Under the pieces are notes generated by a model. It searched no databases, had not been told where the DNA came from, and saw only the letters and a program-made list of their open reading frames with translations. Below are positions 56,737 to 64,000 of a stretch of DNA of 64,000 nucleotides, piece after piece. The position numbers and the translations under genes are program-made. Source of the stretch: Hyaloraphidium curvatum SAG 235-1 (lineage: Eukaryota; Fungi; Monoblepharomycota); contig JAIVFI010000013.1 of assembly GCA_025558095.1 (NCBI GenBank), positions 682,001 to 746,000 on the forward strand, written 5' to 3'. Numbering within the stretch: position 1 is the first letter of the stretch; the number at the start of each line of letters is the position of its first letter.

Positions 56737-58143
56737 ATGGCCTCCGCACCGCCTCCCCCGTCGGGCGAGGCATTGCGGCAGCTGGAGGAGTACCGCGAGC
56801 AGCAGCGGCGGCGCGAGCGGGGCGAGTCGCCCGCGCCGCAGCGCCGCACGCCCGAGCCGTCCGCGCCGCCCGCGTCGCTCGCGGGCCCCGAAGCCTCGAG
56901 GGCGGAACAGCCCGGCTCGATGTCGCTGTACGAGGAGATGCTCGCGCACCAGCGCATGCTCGACGAGGCGGGCGTGTCGGACGAGGAGCTGGTCGGCCGG
57001 CTGGGCGCGGAGGGTCCGAACCCGGAAGCGGCAGCACGAACCGCCCCGGCGCCGCAGAGGAGCCCCCCAGCGGACCCCCCGGTCTCGCTGCCCGGCGGCT
57101 TCCCCATGTCGCCGACCGACGGGCCTACGCCCACCTCGGCCGCCCCCGCCCCCGAGCCCGGGCCCGCGCCCAGCGCCGCCTCGGCGCTCTTCGACGGCGT
57201 GCGCTCCGCTTTGGGGTATTTCCTCCCCTCGGTTTTCGGACAGCAGGTGGAGGAGCAGCGGCAGGCGGGTCGGCCTCCCCAGCTGGCTCGGATCAACTCG
57301 GACGTGCGGGACCGGCTGGAGTACGACATGGTGTCGCCGAGCGAGGCGCGGGATTACCGACCCGTCGACCCGTCTTCCGAGTACCAGGTTGGCACAACCC
57401 TGACGCCCGTTCCCAGTCTGGAGAAGCTCACCCATCTCGCCCTCCAGGACTACTACGGCCTCCCCCCGCCCCCCTCCCCCGTTCGGCCCCCTTTCCAGTT
57501 CTCCGTCACCTACGGCCCCCGCCCGCCCTTCCCCCTCTTCGGTGACCCCTTTGCCCGCCCCACCATGGGCTTCCCCTTCCCCGACTTCGACGCGCCGCCG
57601 TTCCCGACCGCCCCCGGCGCGTTCAGGCAGTACCCCCCACCCCCCGGCCCCCCGCCGGACCTCTTCTCCCTCCTCGGTTTCCCTCCCGGGTTCGGGCCCG
57701 CGTTCGGCATCCCCGCGCACGATCCGAGCGATCCGGTGGCGCAGAGGGTCGCGCAGGGGATGCCGGCGAGCTACGAGGAGCTGATGAGCCTGGCCGAGAG
57801 GATGGGCGGCGGAGGGCCGAGGGGGGCGAGCAGGGAGGTGATCGACGGGCTGCCGAGGGTGCCCGCACCGGCGGCGGCGGCGCAGAGCAAGGGGAAGGAG
57901 AAGCCCGGCGGGGAGGGCGGATCCGCGTCTGCTTCGGGTGGTTCCTCGTCGTCGTCGGCGGGTGGAGCAGCAGGCAGCGAGGAACGGCAGACGTCGTGCC
58001 CCGTGTGCCTGGGCGCGTTCGGGGAGGAGCCGGGGGAGCAGCTTGTGGTGCTGCCAAAGTGCCTGCACAAGTACCATGAACCTTGTGCTATCGCAGCGTT
58101 GGAGAGGGATAGGAGGTGCCCGGTTTGCAGGGTGGACGTGTAG
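56737..58143 (+). CDS. RING-H2 E3 ligase-like protein
   Basis: SYEELMSLAERMG...GASREVIDGLP...CPVCL...CLHKYHEPC...CPVCR. Confidence 0.85.
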   Translation: MASAPPPPSGEALRQLEEYREQQRRRERGESPAPQRRTPEPSAPPASLAGPEASRAEQPGSMSLYEEMLAHQRMLDEAGVSDEELVGRLGAEGPNPEAAARTAPAPQRSPPADPPVSLPGGFPMSPTDGPTPTSAAPAPEPGPAPSAASALFDGVRSALGYFLPSVFGQQVEEQRQAGRPPQLARINSDVRDRLEYDMVSPSEARDYRPVDPSSEYQVGTTLTPVPSLEKLTHLALQDYYGLPPPPSPVRPPFQFSVTYGPRPPFPLFGDPFARPTMGFPFPDFDAPPFPTAPGAFRQYPPPPGPPPDLFSLLGFPPGFGPAFGIPAHDPSDPVAQRVAQGMPASYEELMSLAERMGGGGPRGASREVIDGLPRVPAPAAAAQSKGKEKPGGEGGSASASGGSSSSSAGGAAGSEERQTSCPVCLGAFGEEPGEQLVVLPKCLHKYHEPCAIAALERDRRCPVCRVDV

Positions 58144-58207
58144 ATCGAACATTGTACTGTTGGAAGATTCGATGGATCGATGACGACTTGCTTTCACCAT
58201 GAACCTC

Positions 58208-58459
58208 CTAGCTGCTAAATCCCGCAACGAGCTCCACGAAACCGTCGTCCAAGGTGTCCACCGCGTAGTCCACGGCCCTCTGTAGCGCGCGCACGCGATT
58301 CGCTGCCGGGAGCGCCTCCAGCCTCGCGGGGTCCGTGCGGCCGTCGCGGCGGGGCGGAGGGCGCGGCACGCCAGCCGCAGGAAGAAGGCATCCTCGGCGC
58401 CCAAGTAGTTCTCGGCGAATGAGCAGCAGCATTTACGGTGGCAGCTCGTGGAGCAGCAT
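58208..58459 (-). pseudogene. Collapsed F-box family relic (N- and C-termini only)
   Basis: MLLHELPP*...LGAEDAFFLRLACRALRP fused to ALQRAVDYAVDTLDDGFVE, compared with ALERVLDAAVGRLDELFFE at the end of the 47108 copy. Confidence 0.7.
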
Positions 58460-58849
58460 CGCGGCGGTGGGGAAGGTAAACAAATGGACGCGCCGGAGGG
58501 CACCTGTGGCCGTGGCGGGCTCGACCGACAACTCGAAACCCCACAGACGAGAATAAAGGAAAAGAAGCAAGGACGTCCCACATGCAGCAGATGTCGTCTG
58601 ATTTAGTGCAACTTGCTACGGCAGTCCAGCGGGGAACCGTATGTCCAGCGTAGGTAGTAGCGGATCCGATTTCATCTCATTGCGCCGCACCGCACAAATC
58701 AATCCCCCACCAGATCCATTCTTCAATAATCGGTGCGGCGAGGCGTCGGGGCATCGCAGCGGGTAATCCTTTTTGGGGGACGTGCGGCAGGGCGGTGCAG
58801 CGCCGAAGACGGCGGCGGCGTCACTCCGCAAAACCCGGCCCGGCAAGGA

Positions 58850-61791
58850 ATGGCGCGGAGCTTGCCGGCACTGATGCGAGGGGTGTTGCTTGCGGTGCTG
58901 TTTGCGGCGGCGCTGGCGGGGCTGGCTGCGCCCGGGAGGGCGGGAGCGACAACGGGCGCGTTGGCACCGGCGGGGCGGGCTGCGGAGGTCCTGCCCCTCG
59001 TCGGCGACGTGGGTTCGCGGGTCGGAGGTGGGCTCAATGTCCTTCCTGGGATCGTTTCACGGGAGAGGGCTCACTGGGCCCTGTACCGCAGAGGCCGCGG
59101 AGCCGGAAGCGCACCTTGGTCGGCGCCAGCTTGTCGTCAGGAAGTCGACCAAGCGCCGGCGCACGACGACCAAGCGGCGAAAGACGACGACCCGCAAGAA
59201 GCGGCGGACGACGACGAAGCGACGGCGGACGACCGCGAAGGTCCGGGCGACGACGAAGAAGGTGGTGTGCCGCGCCGGTGCCGCCCCTCTCGCTGCTGAC
59301 GTGCTCGCCAGATTCTTGCCCTCGAGACCGAGGTCGTTGCTCCGCCGTCCCCGTCCCCACCACCGCCTCCGCCACCCACGTCACCCCCGGCCCCGCCGCG
59401 CCAGACGACAACCCCGATCGCACACACCCCGCTTACGACCGCCCGGCCCCTGCCCCCCCCTCCTCCACCACCAACCACCTCGAAGGCAGCACATACGTCC
59501 ACCCGCACAGCTACCACCACAAAGACCCTGACGCGGACGACCTCAAGCACCACCTCGCCAAAAAAGTCCGCCCCCCCTGCGACCGCCCTGCGCCGCTCCT
59601 TCCCCATGGGCCTCAACCCCAAGCCCGACGACCCGCTGTACCGCCGCGCATCCAACCGCTCCACCGGCTCGGCGCTCTTCTACCACAACGCCGTGGTCAA
59701 CCTCAAAGCATTGGTCGACGCCGCGCTGCCCCGCCCCGCCGCCGACGCGCTGCCCGGCGAGCCGGCACCGGGGCCGGGGGACTGGCAGCGCCTCCTCGAC
59801 AACGCATCCAACCGCGCGAGGGTCAAAGCGCTCCTCGACTCGCTGTCGTCCCCGGGCGGCGCACGCAACCGCCGCCGCCAGGCAAACAGGGTGCTCCCCT
59901 ACGCGCACTCCATCTCGCGGCAGCTGGAGCAGGCCCCGCTGCCGCTGCGATACGACATGCGCGAGGGGACGTACCCCAAGCTAACGCCGGTCAAGGACCA
60001 GGGCGGGTGCGGGGCCAACGTGGCGTTCTCGGCCATGGCGGCGCTCGAGAGCACGGTGCTGGTCAAGAGCAAGGGGAAGCTCGCGGATGGGCCGCCCGGA
60101 GGTGCGTTCAACGCCTTTATGCCAGGGGTTTGACGTGCTGACGGCGCCGCGCCGTGGCAGAAAACACCTTCCCCGACTTCTCCGAGGCCCACGCGTACTT
60201 CTGCGACTGGTCCCAGTCCTGCGAGGGCGGCTACGACCTCCCCGGCGCCGCGGAGATGATCGAGCGCTGGGGCGCCACCTACGAGGAGTGCATACCCTAC
60301 ACGGGCGCGCGCCCGGCGGGAAACGGGTGCGCGACCTTCTGTCACGTCAACAGGGGCACTTTCAGGGTGGCGAGGCTGGGGACCTCGGTGGAGGCGATCA
60401 AGCGGCACGTGTTCAACCTCGGCGCGGTCCAGACCACGTTTGCGCTCTGTGCGTCCCCGCGTTCCGCGCTGCAACGACGACCGCGCTGACCCGCCTCCGC
60501 TGCAGACCCCGACTGGCTCGAATGGTTCACTGGCCCCGCCTGCGCCGGCACCGTCTGGACCCCGCCCCCCTCTCGCCCCCCCGACGCCATGCCCTACGCC
60601 GGTCACGCCGTCGCCGTGGTCGGGTGGGAGGAAGACGGCACGGGCAACGGCTTCTGGCTCGTCCGCAATTCCTGGGGGCCGGCGTGGTGCGACGGGGGGT
60701 ACTTCCGGATCGCCTACGGCGCCGACGGGTTCGCGGGGGAGGAGGCGCAGGGGTTCCTCTGGGAGCCGCCGGAGGGGGACTGCGAGGGGGCGGGGATGGA
60801 GCGGTGCGGGGACGGGAGCTGCGCCGATACCCTGGAGGCGTGCCCCGTGGCGAGGGAGGAGTGTGCGGGAGGGATGGTGCGGTGCCCCGAGGGCGGGCGA
60901 TGTGCGGGGTCGATCGCCGAGTGCTCCTCGACGTGCCCGGACGGCGGGGTGCGGTGCTGGGACGGCGCGTGCGCAGAGGACCACCTCTCGTGCGCGGGCG
61001 GCGAGTTCCCGCAGAACCCGAACTGCACGGCGCTGGGGCTGTTCACGTGCCTGGACGGGACGTGCAGGAACGCCAAGAAGTACTGCCCACCGTGCCCGGT
61101 TTTCGGATTGGTGGGGTGCGAGCGCGGCGGGTCGTGCTCGCGGAACGCGGACGAGTGCCCCAGCTGCGGCGCGATCAACCTGATTGGCTGCGGGGACGGC
61201 ACCTGCAGCACGACCACGGCCTCCTGCCCTGCAACCTGCGAGATGGAGGGCCTGTTTACGTGTCCGAACCTGCTGTGCAAGGAGATGCTCGGGCAGTGCG
61301 GCGGGTGCGAGGACGCTGGTCTGGCGACGTGCTACGACGGCTCGTGCGCGCAGGACGGGGACCACTGCCCGACCTGCGAGTCGCTGGGCAAGGTCGGCTG
61401 CCCTTCCGCGCGGTTCACCAAGATCTGCGCTGCGGCGTGGGAGCTCTGCCCTTCCGTGCAGGGATCGTGCGAGGACGCGGGGCTCGTGACGTGCCCCGAG
61501 GGCGGCGGATGCGAGGAGCGGCTGGACAAATGCCCCGTCAAGATGTGCGACGAGGCCCTGAGCCCCGTCAGCTGCGGCGGCGGGGTGTGCGTGGCGCGGC
61601 CCGAGGACTGCAAGGAGTTCGTGGAGAGCGTGGAGGAGTGGAGCTGCGAGAAGTACGGGTGGGCCACGTGCGCGGACGGGGCGTGCGCGCCGGAGGCGGG
61701 GGGTTGCGCGCCGGCGCCGACGTGCGAGAGCTTCCTGATGGTGACATGCCCGGACGGGCACTGCGAGTTTTCGGCGGAGCGGTGCCATTAG
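58850..61791 (+). CDS. Secreted papain-family (C1A) pseudoprotease with polybasic/Thr-Pro stalk and ~13 Cys-rich repeats
   Basis: Signal peptide; VKDQGGCGANVAFS (catalytic Cys replaced by Asn), DFSE, CEGG, GHAVAVVGW, VRNSWG; 4 introns; C-terminal CxDGxC repeats. Confidence 0.85.
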
Positions 61792-62221
61792 CGTGGCCGG
61801 GTTGTGAGGCAAGGGATGCCAAGAGAGGCGTAAATCGATCCTTTTCTGGTGCTGCGTCTGAAGGCCGACGTTCCCATCCCCAGACCAGAATCTGATCGGA
61901 ACTACTTGCCGCCGGGTATGGACACACGGTTTGCATGGGCCACATCCTTCCGTCGAACCTTTTGAGGACTCCTCGGGGGCGTTGTCGCGCCCTATACGTC
62001 GAACGCACGCTCCGCATCCTCCCTGGCTTTCCCGTTGGAGGTCTAACTCAAATCGTGGGATCCGTTGGGATCCGGGTTTTTGGATTTGGTGGGATGGTTT
62101 GACTCAACTGGCCGCACAGAAGGGATAGCGGAACTGTGACACCACATAGCGTCCCCAGGGCCCATTACTCAACTTCCATTCTCGACAAAGGAACAACCCT
62201 GCCGTAAATTCGAACGGAAAC

Positions 62222-63721
62222 ATGCGTATCGGGATCGCGCTACTGCTCGTCGCTCTCCTTGCGGGGGCGGGAACGGCCTCCGCCGATGCTCCCCGCCCCG
62301 CGCGGCCCACCGTCGTTCCTCCACTGGTCGAGGACGTCCCAATCGTCCCGCTCGGTGGACCTGGGATTGCTGCAAACGCAGCACCGACACCCGGCATCTT
62401 CGAGGTGTGATCCTGCCGGCGCGCGCCGCCGGAACCGCCACTGAACCCGCGTCAGCTCCGCCCCATCCCCATGGCCGCACCCAAGCCTGCCGCCGGCTTC
62501 TCCATGCAGGCGGCTGTATCGCCCAAAGCGCGCGCCGGAGCCTCGGCCGCCCGGGCCACGGTCGACTTCGACACGGCGCTGCCCGCGATCCACCTCGGCG
62601 TGGTGCCCGGCGGCGCCTCCTATGCGGAAGGCCCGGATGGCACGGTGATCACAATTCGCACGACGGCGAGGGCCAGGCAAGCCATCGGGAGCTGGCCGCA
62701 GTCGTTTATCGCCGTCCTGGAGGCCAAGGTGTGGCACGAGGCGCATCGATGAGTGAGGCTTCGCAGTTGACCTCTGTCCACCGGGCCGCAGAACATCACG
62801 TCACCAGACCAAGCTTTCCGCCTCGTCAAGTCCGTGCAGACAACACCATCCGGTAGCGTGCAGCTTCGTGCCGTCCCGATGGACCGTAGCCTCGTCCGCG
62901 GCGTCCGGGTGCGCTTCCAGCTCGGCGACGTCTCAAGCCGTGGCCCGGCGAACCTAACCAACGGCACCGGCAACGCGCTATCTCCCAACGCTGCGTGGAA
63001 CTGGGGCACCCGGCGGACGGTCTACTTCAACAACAGGCTCTCGGCGGGCGGGCTCTCGATCTCGTGCACCAACTGCTACGCCTCCTTCTCGGGTTCCTTC
63101 ATGGCCGACGTGTACTGGTCGTGGTTCTCCCTGCATGCCTGCGCCGCCATCCAGGCCTCGGCATCCGCCAACGTCGACGTGCGCGCCGACTTCCGCTCCG
63201 CCTCGGCCGACAGCGGGCGGCGCCGCCTAGCCCGCGCCAACCTTGGTAACTTCCGCATCATGGGCATCTTCGGGATCACCCCCTTCGTTTTCGTCGACGG
63301 CCAGGTCGTCGGCGGCCTCTCGTCGGGCTCCTCCATCTGGGCAACCTACGGATTCGACGCCTCGGCCACGGTCCGCGGCGCCGTCCGCCTTGCGGGGAAC
63401 AACGGCAACTGCGGGTCCTCCTACGCCAGCGCGAACTTCAGGAACCACGGATTCGGGTTCTCCTCCAACCGCGCGACGTGGTCGGGCTACGGCGAGTTCC
63501 GCGGGTACCCGGGCCTCGGCGCCGCGCTCGACGTGATCGGGTTCGGGGTGCTGGAGGGTACGGCGGGGCCGGAGCTCGACGCGGGGATCTACGGCTGGTC
63601 CGACGGCTCATGCAAGGGATCGAAAACGAGGCTGCAGCCGTACAGCGCCACCAAAATCGAGGTCATGGGGGGCGACATCTGGTCGTCCGGGTACAAGTAC
63701 GCATCGAGCAGGTGCTACTGA
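62222..63721 (+). CDS. Secreted beta-rich hypothetical protein
   Basis: Signal peptide MRIGIALLLVALLAGAGTASA. Two GT-AG introns join ORFs 62222, 62471 and 62834; contains SCTNCY. Confidence 0.7.
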
Positions 63722-64000
63722 GATCGCGGCCAACCGCAGCCTGGACCTCGGAGCAGAGACGGTGAGCGCCTTGATAGGACACGCGGTGATGAATACGATC
63801 CTGATGCTCGCTTGAGGTCCCGCGCGGCGACGTGTACAGACGCAAATACGTCTTTCCAGCAACGGGGACATCTCGCAAGTAGACTATCACAACCAGTAAC
63901 GGGATAACATCACATCACAATCAGAGACTCGGTTGGCGTTTCTCGAACGTCCCGCTCGACGTGGTCGCAGCTTGCGACGCCGGCCGAGGGTGCCGCTGTC

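Noticed and set aside
1-64000. Many long antisense or alternate-frame ORFs (e.g. 3884-5848, 17367-19271, 29673-32099, 59899-61812)
   Set aside because: They are Arg/Gly/Pro-rich shadows of real genes caused by high GC and carry no recognisable motifs.
1-64000. CRISPR arrays, tRNA, rRNA, telomeric repeats
   Set aside because: None were recognised by eye; tRNAscan-SE and Rfam were not run.

Overview
This is a gene-dense, very GC-rich eukaryotic segment. Introns are short (mostly about 50-70 nt) and spliceosomal, with donors typically GTGGGT/GTGCGT/GTGAGT, branch-like CTGAC/CTGAT/CTCAC, YAG acceptors, and one clear GC-AG intron. Gene content and intron style suggest an early-diverging (chytrid/monoblepharid-like) fungus; this is inference only. 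About 33 genes can be assembled by splicing the ORF track by eye. They include a large secreted lectin/pore-forming-toxin-like protein, four bacterial-type amide hydrolases (class 3 asparaginase, IaaH-like amidase, NylB-like hydrolase, amidohydrolase-3), a P450, a BVMO, an SDR, an ABC1-kinase/beta-lactamase fusion, NOT2, FucU, a USP, two RING E3s, two fasciclins and a catalytically dead papain. Decayed MYND, F-box and membrane-protein relics lie between them. The most unusual signals are: (1) a tandem pair of eIF5A-derived proteins lacking the hypusine loop, reminiscent of how HEX-1 arose; (2) a SUEL-lectin-tipped alpha-pore-forming-toxin-like protein; (3) a ~75-nt conserved intergenic element present twice, each copy closed by its own G-U-containing stem; (4) a 412-bp RLE non-LTR retrotransposon remnant apparently nested inside a copy of its own 3' end; (5) a candidate gustatory-receptor-like (7TMIC) gene. 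No rRNA, tRNA or CRISPR was seen. Family assignments come from motif recognition only; no searches were run, and most long antisense or alternate-frame ORFs in the track are GC shadows.
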